A stretch of DNA of 64,000 nt from an uncultured Chloroflexia bacterium (lineage in GTDB: Bacteria > Chloroflexota > Limnocylindria > Limnocylindrales > CSP1-4), in contig CAVVJT010000004.1 in NCBI GenBank assembly GCA_963748625.1, positions 640,001 to 704,000 on the forward strand, given 5' to 3'. Numbering within the stretch: the first letter of the stretch is position 1; each line of letters begins with the position of its first letter. The notes beneath the pieces were generated by a model. The model was given only the letters and a program-made list of their open reading frames with translations. It did not search any database and was not told the origin of the DNA. This document shows positions 27,719-38,996 of the stretch, piece by piece. The position numbers and the translations under genes are program-made.

Positions 27719-28980
27719 GCGACCGGCCGTCCACCCCGCCCGACCCGGCTACATTGCCCGACCCGGCCGCCCCGCCCGTCCCCGCGTTCGTGCTGGGACG
27801 AATCCCGAGGATCACGTTCGGCGCGGGATCCGTCGCCCAGGTGCCCGCCATCGTCGCGGCGCACGGCCACCACGCCCTGCTCGTGACAGGCGGAGCATCG
27901 CTGGCCGCCTCTGGACGACGCGTGGCCCTGCTCGACGGCCTCGCGCGTGCCGGCGTGTCGGTGGCAGGCGAGGTGGGAGTGACCGACGAGCCGTCGCCCG
28001 AGGTGGTCGATGCTGCGGTCGCCGCGCACCGCGGGGCCAGCGTGGACGTCGTGCTCGCGGTCGGGGGTGGCAGCGTGCTCGACGCTGCCAAGGCGATCGC
28101 GGCGATGCTCGGGCCGGGAGCGGGCAGCACCGTCACCGATCACCTGGAGGGCCTGCCAGGCTTCCGGCCGTACGACGGCCTGCCCGTGCCGCTCGTCGCC
28201 GTCCCCACGACCGCCGGCACCGGCTCCGAGGCGACGCGCAACGCGGTGATCTCGAGGCGCGGCCCAGACGGGTGGAAGCGGTCCATCCGCCACGAGCGCA
28301 TGGTAGCCGCGGACGCCGTGGTGGACCCGGACCTGCTCGCCGGTGCGGATCGTGTCCGCATTGCGGGCAACGGGATGGACGCGCTGACCCAGCTGCTCGA
28401 GGCGTACACGAGCACCAAGGCCGGGCCGCTCACCGATGCGCTGGCGCTCGCCGGACTCGCGGCGGCCCGGGAAGCGCTCCTGGCCTGGCACGCCGACCCC
28501 GACGGTCCGGCCGCCCCGGCCGCGCGGTCGGGCATGGCCTACGCGGCGCTGCTGTCGGGGATCTGCCTCGCCCACGCGGGTCTGGGCGGGGTGCACGGGC
28601 TCGCCTCACCGCTGGGAGCGCAGCTGCCGATCCCCCACGGGATCGCATGTGGCGCGACGATGGCGGGGATCGTTGCGGCCAACGTGGCGGCGCTCGAGGG
28701 GCGCGATCCGGTCTCGCCCGCGCTCGGACGGTACGCGGTGCTCGGACGGATGCTCGCGCGGCTGCCCGAGGCTGCGCCAGACGACGAGGCGCGCGCTGCG
28801 CTGGTCGCGGTCCTGCGCGCCTGGACCCGGACGCTTGCGATCCCGGGGCTGCGGACCTATGGCCTCACCGGGGCCGGCATCCCCGCGATCGTCGCCGATG
28901 CGCGCGGAAGCTCCATGCGCACCAATCCGGTGGTCCTCACCGACGAGGAGCTCACGGCCGTCCTGGCAGCCGCCCTCTAG
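27715..28980 (+). CDS. Iron-containing alcohol dehydrogenase
   Basis: GGGSVLDAAK, VPTTAGTGSEAT, GMDALTQLLEAY, GGVHGLA, PHG; ATGA overlap. Confidence 0.92.
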   Translation: MSDRPSTPPDPATLPDPAAPPVPAFVLGRIPRITFGAGSVAQVPAIVAAHGHHALLVTGGASLAASGRRVALLDGLARAGVSVAGEVGVTDEPSPEVVDAAVAAHRGASVDVVLAVGGGSVLDAAKAIAAMLGPGAGSTVTDHLEGLPGFRPYDGLPVPLVAVPTTAGTGSEATRNAVISRRGPDGWKRSIRHERMVAADAVVDPDLLAGADRVRIAGNGMDALTQLLEAYTSTKAGPLTDALALAGLAAAREALLAWHADPDGPAAPAARSGMAYAALLSGICLAHAGLGGVHGLASPLGAQLPIPHGIACGATMAGIVAANVAALEGRDPVSPALGRYAVLGRMLARLPEAAPDDEARAALVAVLRAWTRTLAIPGLRTYGLTGAGIPAIVADARGSSMRTNPVVLTDEELTAVLAAAL

Positions 28981-29046
28981 CCTGGCGGTCGTGCTCTAGC
29001 CGGGCGGCTCCAGCCTGGCCGGCGTGCTCCAGGGTGCTCGCGGCGA

Positions 29047-30072
29047 TCAGCCGTCCGCGTCCTCGTAGCCGTCAGGGTGCCGGCGGTGCCATGCCACGGC
29101 GCTCGAGGCGATCCCGGCCAGCGTCCGCGTCGCCCGCCAGCCGAGCGCATCCTCGGCGGCCCCGGTCGCCGCCCAGATGGCAGCAATGTCCCCGTCCCGG
29201 CGCGACGCGTGCCGGACCGGCACCGGCCCCCCCACCGCGGCCTCCACGGCGTCGATCACCTCGCGCACCGAGGTCCCAGTCCCGGTCCCCAGGTTCAGCG
29301 TCCGCGACGGACGGCCATCCCTGAGCCAGTCGAGCGCGCGGGCATGGGCCGCGGCGAGATCGTCCACGTGGACGTAGTCCCGCACCGCCGTGCCGTCCGG
29401 TGTGGGCCAGTCCGTCCCGAAGACCGTGACCGCCGGGCCCTGACCCAGGGCCGCACGCACGACCAGGGGCCACAGGTTGGTGGCGCCTGGCGCGTCCTCC
29501 CCATGCGCTCCGGACGGGTCGGCACCGGCGGCGTTGAAGTAGCGCAGGGCGACGTGGCGCAGGCCACGCGCCTCGAACCAGGGCAGCGCCCGCTCCACGA
29601 GCAGCTTGCTCTCCGCGTATGGCGTGGCAGGGCGCATGGGCGAGGTCTCGTCCACCGCACCCGCATCGGGCTCGCCGTACACCGCACAGGTTGACGAGAA
29701 CACGAAGGCCGACACGCCCGCCGCGACCGCCTCGGCGAGCAGGCCCAGCGTCCCACCGACGTTGGTCGCAAAGTAGGCTCCGGGCTCCCGGAGCGACTCG
29801 GGGGCGGACTTGCGGGCGGCGAAGTGGACGATTGCCTCGATTCCCTCCTCGCGCAGGATCCGCGCCACGAGCGCCCGGTCCTCGATCGCCCCCACGATCA
29901 GCGGCAAGCCCGCCACCGCCCCTGCGTGTCCTGTGACGAGCGAGTCGAGCACGACGACCCGGTGGCCCAGGCCCGCCAGCAGGCGGACCGTCGCCGAGCC
30001 GACGTACCCCGCGCCGCCGGTCACGAGCACGCGCAGGGGCGGTGCGGCAGGCGGGTTCGGTCTGGCGTTCAT
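29047..30072 (-). CDS. galE: UDP-glucose 4-epimerase
   Basis: VTGGAGYVGS, HFAA, FSSTCAVYG, YAESK, LRYFNAAGA, DGTAVRDYVHV. Confidence 0.93.
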   Translation of the reverse strand: MNARPNPPAAPPLRVLVTGGAGYVGSATVRLLAGLGHRVVVLDSLVTGHAGAVAGLPLIVGAIEDRALVARILREEGIEAIVHFAARKSAPESLREPGAYFATNVGGTLGLLAEAVAAGVSAFVFSSTCAVYGEPDAGAVDETSPMRPATPYAESKLLVERALPWFEARGLRHVALRYFNAAGADPSGAHGEDAPGATNLWPLVVRAALGQGPAVTVFGTDWPTPDGTAVRDYVHVDDLAAAHARALDWLRDGRPSRTLNLGTGTGTSVREVIDAVEAAVGGPVPVRHASRRDGDIAAIWAATGAAEDALGWRATRTLAGIASSAVAWHRRHPDGYEDADG

Positions 30073-30989
30073 GCCTGCTCGGCGGGCAGGACGGCGGGGC
30101 CTGGCGCCGTTCGCTCCCGTCGCCTGCGCACCGTCCCGACCCCACCCACGATCGCGAGGGCCGCGAGAGCGACCAGTGCGAAGGCCAGGGTGAGCACCTG
30201 GTCCGCGTTGAGCGTGCCGACGACGTCCGGGTCGCGCCAGGCAAGGGCGGCGATCGTGCGGCCGATGCCCCACAGGCCGAGGCCGAGCAGGAGGGCTCCG
30301 CCGTTGCGCCGTTCGAACACGTTGAGCGCCATCGCCCCCATCACCACGAGCAGGACCAGCAGCGTGAGCAACCCTTCGTACACCTGCGCGGGATGCGAGG
30401 GGAGTGCCGGCGCGAGCGAGCCCCATGGGCCGGGCGCGATGTACGCGGTTGCCCACGGCCCGTCGAAGGGAAGCCCCTGGCCGCTGCCGCCAAGCACCAT
30501 CGCGAGCTTGCCGGCAGCCAGCGCGAACAGGAGCGGGAGCGTCACCGCGTGGAGCCAGCGCCCGAGCGGCGCGCCGAGCATCCTGGCGACGAGCGACCCG
30601 GTCAGCAGCCCGCCCGCCACGGCAAGGGTGAGCTCGAAGGCGCCCTGGTTGATGTCGAGCACGGCGGCCGGGGTGGCCAGATAGAAGTCCAGGTGGGTCA
30701 GCGCGTAGCCGAGCCTGCCACCCACGACCGCGCCCGGGATGACGGCGACCGCGATGTACAGGAGATCGTCGGCGCGCAGGTGATTGGGTTCCCCGTCCGC
30801 ACCGGGCTCGGAGGCCGGTCGGTCGAGGTCCACCGGCGTGCGGCGCGCGAACACCGCCGCCGCCACGAGGGCGAGGAACAGGACGATGGCGTAGCCGATG
30901 GTCTCGAGCCGGACGCTCCAATCCCCGATGACCGCGATCGGGTCGAACGCGAGCTCGATGACGGGGAGGGATGCGACGGAGGGCAGCAC
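30069..30989 (-). CDS. Lgt-family membrane protein, degenerate paralogue
   Basis: FDPIA, GAVVGGRLGY, HPAQVYEG and R...WR support the Lgt fold; the WYG, (H/Y)GG and GRxGNF motifs are substituted. Confidence 0.8.
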   Translation of the reverse strand: MLPSVASLPVIELAFDPIAVIGDWSVRLETIGYAIVLFLALVAAAVFARRTPVDLDRPASEPGADGEPNHLRADDLLYIAVAVIPGAVVGGRLGYALTHLDFYLATPAAVLDINQGAFELTLAVAGGLLTGSLVARMLGAPLGRWLHAVTLPLLFALAAGKLAMVLGGSGQGLPFDGPWATAYIAPGPWGSLAPALPSHPAQVYEGLLTLLVLLVVMGAMALNVFERRNGGALLLGLGLWGIGRTIAALAWRDPDVVGTLNADQVLTLAFALVALAALAIVGGVGTVRRRRERTAPGPAVLPAEQA

Positions 30990-31023
30990 GACGCGGGCAG
31001 TCTACCGTCCGGGGCCGGAACGC

Positions 31024-31054
31024 CGTCGACCCCCGGCGGGGCCGGGGGTCGACG
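31024..31054. terminator. Hairpin downstream of the S8 protease
   Basis: CGTCGACCCCCGGC-GGG-GCCGGGGGTCGACG. Confidence 0.6.
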
Positions 31055-31094
31055 TTTGCGTACGGTTTCGGGCAGCCCGGCGGGCTGCAGGTGG

Positions 31095-34055
31095 TTACGG
31101 CTTGGTGACGCTCACGATCGTCGGGCTGGGCATCCCCGACGCGCCGCCGTAGGCGACGCTGCCGAGGTACCGGCCGGACGTCAGTCCGGGGAAGCTCAGG
31201 GTGATCGTGCCGGTCCCAGCCAGGGTGGCCGCGGCAGGGGCGGTGACCGTCATGTTCCCGGCGCTGGTGGCCGGGACGTAGAACGTGTTCAGCGCAAACG
31301 GCGACGTGCCGCCCACGACGCCCCAGCCGTGCACGTACAGGGTCAGGTTGATCGGGGAGGCCACCGGGGCCGCGAAGGTGAAGTTCACCTCCTCGTCCGA
31401 GCCGCCGTTGGTGCTTGAGCCGACCAGGGCGGAGCCCTGGTAGACGAACACGTCGAGGTCGGTGCCGGTGCTGACGTCACTGTCGAACAGGGCGTACCGG
31501 GCGTAGGTGGTCCCCGCCGGGATGGTCACCGGGATGGCGACCGTCCCCGTCGGGTCCGCGGGGTCGAACGTCTGGTCCGGATCCTGGTCCACGGTCCCCG
31601 CGGTGACGTCGGCAGCCACGAGGCCGCGGGCGTCCGCCGTGAATGCGCCCGTGTACCCGAACGTGACGGAGTAGCTGACGTCCGTCCCGTCGGAGGTCAC
31701 GGCGGCCGGCACCGCGAGGGCGACGGGCCGGATCACGACGGGGATGCGTACGACGTGGCCCTTGTCGCCGGTCAGCGTGAGCTGCCCGCCGACATAGCTG
31801 TTCAGGGTTGCGGTGTCACGCGTGAACGTGACGTTGAAGGGCTGCGTTGCGTTCTTGGCGATGGTCATCGGCGCCGGGAGCCCGACTGTGATGCCGGCCA
31901 GGCCGGTGTAGCTCGCCGTGTAGGTCTCGCTCGCACTGCCGACGTTGGTGGCCCGGCGGGTCACCGTCTGGGCGCCGGCGAGATCGCCGATGGCGATTGA
32001 CGCCGTGTTGAGGTTGCTGGGGTCGATGGCCGAGAAGGCCGAGCAGAACGATCCGGGCTGGACGCCGCAGATGAAGTTGAGCCAGTCCGTGTACCCGGAG
32101 TTGAAGACCAGGCCCGGGTCCATCGCGCTGTTCGGCTGGACGTGCCCCGCACCCTGGCGGAAGATCACGAGCGGATTGGTGTTCGGGCCGTCAAGGACGT
32201 CGTAGCCCGTCGTCATAAGCGCCGACTTGATCATCATCGGCGTCCAGGTGGGCTTGAGCTCCTTGAACAGGGCGGCGAGGCCGGCCACGTGCGGGCTGGA
32301 CATCGACGTGCCGCTGTAGAGGTCGAAGCTGCGGCCGGCGTTGCCTGGCGGCGCGACGGCGGCGAGGATGTCCTGGCCGGGGGCGATGAGGTCCGGCTTG
32401 AGCAGGTCGCCGTTGCCGGCCTTCAGCGGGCCGCGGGACGAGAAGCTGGCCGTGAACGGCGCAGCGGCGTTGGTGACGATCGTGGCCTGGTTGATGGTCG
32501 CCGTGGCACCCGGGGTGGCCGCGTACGCCTTGACGGCGGCGCGGTCGGTGCTCTGGAGGTGGACCGTCGGAACGAAGTGGAAGTCGGCGTTGATCGAGTT
32601 GACGCTGGTGTTGACCAGGATCATGCCGACGCCGCCGGCCTCCTGGACGGCAAGGCTCTTGTTCACCCGTGCCGTCACGCCGCGGTCGCAGACCACGATC
32701 TTGCCCGCGACCTTCGCGGGATCGAGGACGACGGAGCCGTCCGCCGCGCCATAGCAGAGTGCAAGCTCCCCCGGGTCGGCACCCGCCACGCCCGCGTCCA
32801 TCGAGTCGATCAGCGGAGCGGGTCCGACAGGGGTCGCCACCGACGCGCCGTTGTACGTGACGCCGTTGCCGAGGGTCACGGAACCCGCGCCGTCACGGTT
32901 GTGCGTGCCGGCCGCGACCGTGGTCAGCCAGGGGCCGGGATGGGCGACGGTGCTGGTGGTCGGGCCGCTGTTGCCGGCGGATGCGGCGACGAAGACGCCG
33001 GCATCAGCCGCGTACAGGAACGCGATCTCCACGGCGTCGCGGAAGTTGGTCTGCGAGCCGCTGACGGAGAAGTTGATGACGTCTACGCCGTCGGCGACCG
33101 CCTGGTCGATGGCGGCGACGCTGTCGCTGTTGAAGCAGCTGCCCGAGGTGCCGGGGACCGCCCAGCAGACCTTGTAGGCCGCGATGCGCGCACGCGGCGC
33201 GATGCCGCTGACGGACCCGAACACGGCTGCCGCGCCGGTTGTGGGGGTGTTCTGGTTGCCGCCGGCAGTGCTGGCGGTGTGGGTGCCGTGACCGCCGAAG
33301 TCGCGCGGCGAGTTGTATTCGTGCGGCAGCTGCTCATCGATGCCGGCGTTGCCGCCCCATCCCGCGTTGTAGTAGCGAGCGCCGATCAGCTTCTGGTTGC
33401 AGTTGCTGGCGGTGAACTGCTCGCCGGGGACGCATCGGCCGTGCCAGCCGGGGATCTGCTGGTAGCCGAGCTTGCCGTCCTTGGTCCCGTTGCCGTTGAC
33501 GCCGGTCCGGTCGGAGAACGAGGCGCTCTCGGGCCAGATCCCGCCATCGACGATGCCGATGATGACGTTCTCGCCCTTGGCCTGCGACCAGACGCCGCCC
33601 GGCGCGGTCAGGCCGAGGAAGGACGGCGTGGTAGCCGTGTCGAGCTCGCGCTTCGCGTCAGACGCGACAGCGAGGACGTCCGGGCGCGCTGCCAGCTTGT
33701 TGGCGTCGTCGGCGGTCAGGTTCGCGGCAAAGCCGTTGTAGCTGTAGACGTAGTCGTAGACCTTCTTGCCGCCAGTCGCAGCGAGCACCTTGTCGTGCTT
33801 GGTGGTCAGGAACTTGACGTAGGCGACCACGTCGGTGCTGAGCGGGTCGATCTTCTGACCGGGCTTCGGCCTAGTGGCCTTGAGGCCCTTGATGTCGCCC
33901 CGATACGCGACGACGGGATCGCCCGCCATCTGGACGATGTAGATGCCGTCCTTCGTGAACCCCTTGTCGGCAGACCACTTCGCCAGCGCGGACGTCGGGA
34001 ACAAGGCTGCCAGCAGCAGCACGCTGCCCAGCAGCGCCAGGAGTCTCCGGTTCAT
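31095..34055 (-). CDS. Secreted S8 subtilase (cucumisin-like; I9 prodomain and PA domain)
   Basis: Signal peptide MNRRLL; IGIVDGGIWPE, GHGTHTASTAGG, SAGNSG, SGTSMSSPHVAG; GGAGGAG RBS. Confidence 0.95.
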   Translation of the reverse strand: MNRRLLALLGSVLLLAALFPTSALAKWSADKGFTKDGIYIVQMAGDPVVAYRGDIKGLKATRPKPGQKIDPLSTDVVAYVKFLTTKHDKVLAATGGKKVYDYVYSYNGFAANLTADDANKLAARPDVLAVASDAKRELDTATTPSFLGLTAPGGVWSQAKGENVIIGIVDGGIWPESASFSDRTGVNGNGTKDGKLGYQQIPGWHGRCVPGEQFTASNCNQKLIGARYYNAGWGGNAGIDEQLPHEYNSPRDFGGHGTHTASTAGGNQNTPTTGAAAVFGSVSGIAPRARIAAYKVCWAVPGTSGSCFNSDSVAAIDQAVADGVDVINFSVSGSQTNFRDAVEIAFLYAADAGVFVAASAGNSGPTTSTVAHPGPWLTTVAAGTHNRDGAGSVTLGNGVTYNGASVATPVGPAPLIDSMDAGVAGADPGELALCYGAADGSVVLDPAKVAGKIVVCDRGVTARVNKSLAVQEAGGVGMILVNTSVNSINADFHFVPTVHLQSTDRAAVKAYAATPGATATINQATIVTNAAAPFTASFSSRGPLKAGNGDLLKPDLIAPGQDILAAVAPPGNAGRSFDLYSGTSMSSPHVAGLAALFKELKPTWTPMMIKSALMTTGYDVLDGPNTNPLVIFRQGAGHVQPNSAMDPGLVFNSGYTDWLNFICGVQPGSFCSAFSAIDPSNLNTASIAIGDLAGAQTVTRRATNVGSASETYTASYTGLAGITVGLPAPMTIAKNATQPFNVTFTRDTATLNSYVGGQLTLTGDKGHVVRIPVVIRPVALAVPAAVTSDGTDVSYSVTFGYTGAFTADARGLVAADVTAGTVDQDPDQTFDPADPTGTVAIPVTIPAGTTYARYALFDSDVSTGTDLDVFVYQGSALVGSSTNGGSDEEVNFTFAAPVASPINLTLYVHGWGVVGGTSPFALNTFYVPATSAGNMTVTAPAAATLAGTGTITLSFPGLTSGRYLGSVAYGGASGMPSPTIVSVTKP

Positions 34056-34245
34056 GCTCCTCCCATGGGCATCAGCCCACTTGCGGGGCGTGCCGCACTC
34101 CGGCACTCCCCTGCTCCTCCACCGTCCGGGACCCGGACGGGACCAGCCGACCCCGCCCTTCCTCGTGCGGGGTCGCGGCGGCGGACCGCCGCATCACACC
34201 GGATGCCCCCGGCACTCCCAGGGGCATCGGCGCTCGGTTGACGGG

Positions 34246-36468
34246 TTATTTGACCCGGGCGTACACCGCGGCGTGCGCCACCATGCCCGTGGCATCCGAG
34301 ATGACGAGCCAGGCCTGCTTGTCGCCGACCGCGGACCTCTTCGTGAACACGGCCTTGAGCGTGATCACGGCCGAGGCGCCCGCGTCGAGCGAGACGTTGG
34401 CGACGCTCGTGGAGAACGTCACGCCGTTGGGGGCCGCCCCGTACGGTGCGATCCCGACACTCCAGGTGGCCGCGGCATCGCCCGCATTGGTGATCCGCAC
34501 GGCGACCGTCTTCGTGACACCGGAGCCCGCGGGCGTCGCGCCGAAGCTGATGCTGACCGGGTCGAGCAGCGCCGTGGCACCGGCGGCGGATTCCAGGTTC
34601 ACGCGTCCCGCGCCGCCGATGAGGACGTCACTGACGGGACCGTCGAGCGTGTACGCCTGGAGGACGCCGGCGTCGGCGGAGTTGACCACCGCGGAGCGGA
34701 CAGCCCACGCAGGCCAGTCGGGATGCTGGGCCACGATGATCGCCGCGACGCCCGCCAGGTGCGGAGCCGCCATCGAGGTGCCCTGGTAGAACGCGAAGCA
34801 GTCGTCACCGTCGCAGCCCGCGGTGGGTACCGACGACAGCACGTTCACCCCAGGGGCGACCACGTCGGGCTTCACGCGGAAGTCGACGTCCGTGGGGCCC
34901 TGGCTGCTGAAGTCGCCCATGACGTCCGCGTCGAAGTACGGGTAGACGTAGGCCGGGGCGCCGATTGCCGCGGCGCTGCCGGCCGCAGCCTTGAACGCAT
35001 CGACGTCATCCATGCTGATCATGACGCCCGGGATTGTCGGATCGACAGGTGCAGCGCCCTTGCCCATGGCGATCGGCGCGCCGGCGAGCCGGTTGACGAC
35101 GATGGCCGCGGTGTACCCGGCCTGCTGGACGTTGTAGACCTTGAGGCTGAAGTCGCACACGCCACGCTGGATGAGCGCGAAGCTGTGGCTGTCCGGGGCC
35201 GCCGGCAGGGACGAGCAGGCGAGGTGCAGGCCCGACACACCGGTGTCGTCGGGGCTCCCCGAGCCGTTCAGCACGCGCAGCGTGCCCTCGAGCGGATAGG
35301 CATCCGGGACGCCGAAGTCACCGAGGACGCCCGAGGCAGCGGCAGCGCCGGCGGTGACCGGGCTGACGACCGCATGGTTGACCGTGGAGGCGCCGGCCGT
35401 GAGCGCGCGGGCCGCGGAGCCCGGCGAGCCCACCGTGTAGTGGCCCGGTCCCTCGTTGCCGGCCGAGATGGTGAACACCATGTTCGCCTTGTCGAGGTTG
35501 TCCACGGCGATCGTGAGGAGATCCTGGATGCCGTGCGCGTTGCCGCCAAGGCTCATGTTCACGATGTCCATGCCGTCCACGTAGGCGGCCTCGATCGCGT
35601 TGAGGATGTCCTCGCTTCGTGCGTTCTCGACATCGGCCGGGAAGACGTTGTAGTTGCCGAGAAGGGCCTTGGGGGCGACACCCGAGATGCCGTGCGGGAT
35701 CGCTGCGCCGCTCACCGACGCGCTGGTGTCCCAGTTGCAGGCGATGGTGCCGGCCACGTGGGTGCCGTGCGAATCGATCGCCTCAGCGGTGTACCCGCCC
35801 TTGCCGGCCTTGTTGTTGAAGACCCGGGCGACGATCACCTTGTTGTTGGTGAAGCGCTTGTCGCCCAGCTGCAGGTGGTTGTCGTACCCGAGGTCGGAGA
35901 AGCAGCTGTGCGTGATGTCGATGCCGGAGTCGATGACGCCGACCTTCACGCCGGCGCCGGCGTCCTCGGCGGTCATGCCCGCTTCGCCCCAGCCGGCCAC
36001 GGCGCTGATCGCGGCCAGGTCAGGGTCAACGTCGGCGGTCGGGTGGTAGAGGCCCTGGAACTGCACCTGCACCACGAGGTCGGAGGTGCGGATCTTGGCG
36101 AGGGAGGTGCCATTGAGCTTGACGGACACGGCGTTGAGGGCGAGATCGAAGCCCTTGACGACCTGCGCCTTGGGGGCATTCTTGCGCAGCCACGCCTTGA
36201 AATCGTTGCGCTGGGCCGCGAGCTGCGCCCGGTACGCCTTCACCTTGACGCTCGAGAAGTCCACCTTCTTGCCCTGGGACGGCCGCGTCTTGGCCGATGT
36301 GGCCAGGGGCGCGCCCTTGAGCTGGACGAGCGCGTACGCCTTGGCAACGGTGGGCTTGGCCGTCGTCCCGTCCACGAGACGGCCGTTGCTCACGGCGGCA
36401 CCTGCCGGCGCCGAGATGACCAGGGCGGCAGTCAGCGCCGCGGCAAGAGCGAGGCGGATGCGTCGCAC
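34246..36468 (-). CDS. Secreted S8 subtilase (Vpr-like, PA domain)
   Basis: GVIDSGID, HGTHVAGTIA, SAGNEG, QGTSMAAPHLAG; GTG start with GGAGGG RBS. Confidence 0.93.
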   Translation of the reverse strand: MRRIRLALAAALTAALVISAPAGAAVSNGRLVDGTTAKPTVAKAYALVQLKGAPLATSAKTRPSQGKKVDFSSVKVKAYRAQLAAQRNDFKAWLRKNAPKAQVVKGFDLALNAVSVKLNGTSLAKIRTSDLVVQVQFQGLYHPTADVDPDLAAISAVAGWGEAGMTAEDAGAGVKVGVIDSGIDITHSCFSDLGYDNHLQLGDKRFTNNKVIVARVFNNKAGKGGYTAEAIDSHGTHVAGTIACNWDTSASVSGAAIPHGISGVAPKALLGNYNVFPADVENARSEDILNAIEAAYVDGMDIVNMSLGGNAHGIQDLLTIAVDNLDKANMVFTISAGNEGPGHYTVGSPGSAARALTAGASTVNHAVVSPVTAGAAAASGVLGDFGVPDAYPLEGTLRVLNGSGSPDDTGVSGLHLACSSLPAAPDSHSFALIQRGVCDFSLKVYNVQQAGYTAAIVVNRLAGAPIAMGKGAAPVDPTIPGVMISMDDVDAFKAAAGSAAAIGAPAYVYPYFDADVMGDFSSQGPTDVDFRVKPDVVAPGVNVLSSVPTAGCDGDDCFAFYQGTSMAAPHLAGVAAIIVAQHPDWPAWAVRSAVVNSADAGVLQAYTLDGPVSDVLIGGAGRVNLESAAGATALLDPVSISFGATPAGSGVTKTVAVRITNAGDAAATWSVGIAPYGAAPNGVTFSTSVANVSLDAGASAVITLKAVFTKRSAVGDKQAWLVISDATGMVAHAAVYARVK

Positions 36469-36687
36469 GATAGGGCCCTCCAGGAGCCGGGACCGGGGGA
36501 CGGACGGGCCTCCCCGGGATCGGCGGTGTAAGGCGCAGCGTAATGCAAATGGGCGAGACGGGAAACCCGGATGATTGGGCACGGTGGTGCATCCGGGAAC
36601 CACATCCTGGTCGTCCTCAGAGGCCCCGGACATGGTGTCGCCCGGGGCCGATGGCTCCGGGCGACGGAGACGCGCAGCGGGTGGCCG

Positions 36688-37743
<1,056 letters not shown>

Positions 37744-38856
37744 TCACGTGCCGCCCAGGAACCCTCCGTAGTCGAGCCGGCGGTAGTCACGCTCGCAGGG
37801 CTGACCATCCGCAAGCCACATCGTCCGGGTGTCAAGATCGTAGATGACGGACGCGACGGTCATGTCGCGCTCAGGCTCGGGGAGCGCAACGTCCTGGTGG
37901 GCGCAGATCCCTGAGGGCGCGTTCACGTGATCACGCAGCAGCGCCTGGAGGCCGGCCGGGTGAACGCCGCCGCGTGCTGCGCCAAGCAGGTCCATGGCAC
38001 GCCGCAGACGGAACGGGCTGTCGGGGCTGTACCACCGCATCACGTCCTTGCGGCCGGTCTCCACCGTGTAGTGGTTGGTGTGCGCGACATGGTCCGGGTC
38101 GGGCCAGGCCAGCCAGACGTTCGCGTGGTCGCCCGGCGCGGTCTCGATGTCGACCGCCATGCCGTCGCTGCTCGCGACGAGGTAGTTCGCGGACGAGGCG
38201 CGGACGTGGCGCTGGACGGCATCGAGCGCGTCGGGAAGGGTCTTGGCGTCGAGGATGGCGCGCAGGATCACGTGGTACGGCAGGCCATGGTCGCCCCGGT
38301 CCAGGTCCGAGACCAGCGAGTTGGCGCACAGGCCGATGCCGTGCGAGTTCATCCCCGTCTTGGCCAGCAGGCCAGCCTCCACCACGGTCACGTACCGCGG
38401 GCCCTCGTCCTGGACGGCCTCGAGCACGACCGTGGTGTCCATGCAGCCGGGCTTCCAGTCCCAGTTCTGGCCCAGCAGCGTGTGGCCTCCCGCCGATCCC
38501 GATGGAAGGACCGCGAAGGAGGTGCACTCCCCTGTCCGGGCAGCACGACGCGCGACCGCCGCGAACATGATCTCCGTCCGGACATTGAGGGCCAGGATGT
38601 CCTCGAAGGTCAGGCCGGCCCCCTCCGCGATCCCCGCCATCTCGTCGAGGTATCGGGGATGGACGGCCTCGATCGAGGGCTGGTACGTCGCGGCATGCCG
38701 CGTCACGGTGTCCCAATCCCAGCCGGCGAAATGGGAGAACACCGTGCGGTACAGGTCCACGCTGGCGTGCACGCGGTCACGGGCAAGCCCGCCGTACTGG
38801 CGGCCGCGCTCGCGTGGACCTCCGGTCACCCGGACATGCGGGAAGTGGTCGGCCAT
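37744..38856 (-). CDS. Peptidase C45 family Ntn hydrolase/acyltransferase
   Basis: RERGRQYG, LNVRTE, ECTSF (nucleophile Cys), GQNWDW, GMNSHG, HTNH. Confidence 0.9.
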   Translation of the reverse strand: MADHFPHVRVTGGPRERGRQYGGLARDRVHASVDLYRTVFSHFAGWDWDTVTRHAATYQPSIEAVHPRYLDEMAGIAEGAGLTFEDILALNVRTEIMFAAVARRAARTGECTSFAVLPSGSAGGHTLLGQNWDWKPGCMDTTVVLEAVQDEGPRYVTVVEAGLLAKTGMNSHGIGLCANSLVSDLDRGDHGLPYHVILRAILDAKTLPDALDAVQRHVRASSANYLVASSDGMAVDIETAPGDHANVWLAWPDPDHVAHTNHYTVETGRKDVMRWYSPDSPFRLRRAMDLLGAARGGVHPAGLQALLRDHVNAPSGICAHQDVALPEPERDMTVASVIYDLDTRTMWLADGQPCERDYRRLDYGGFLGGT

Positions 38857-38996
38857 CGGTCGAGTGTAGCGAGCGCTGCGTCCCCCGCGACCGCGGACAC
38901 ACAGGACGCTGGGCACGCACGGGCCGCCGTTGCGGGACGGTCCGGCCACCCGGACAATGGACCCATGCCCCACGTTTCCGGCCTGACCGTCAATCG

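Noticed and set aside
33943-36531. Long antisense or alternate-frame ORFs (e.g. 33943..36531 +, 32142..34241 +, 21030..22943 -, 61274..63067 -)
   Set aside because: Shadow ORFs of well-supported genes, expected at this GC content; no motifs.
36469-36687. Riboswitch in the S8 protease leader
   Set aside because: No recognisable aptamer consensus by eye; an Rfam scan would be needed.
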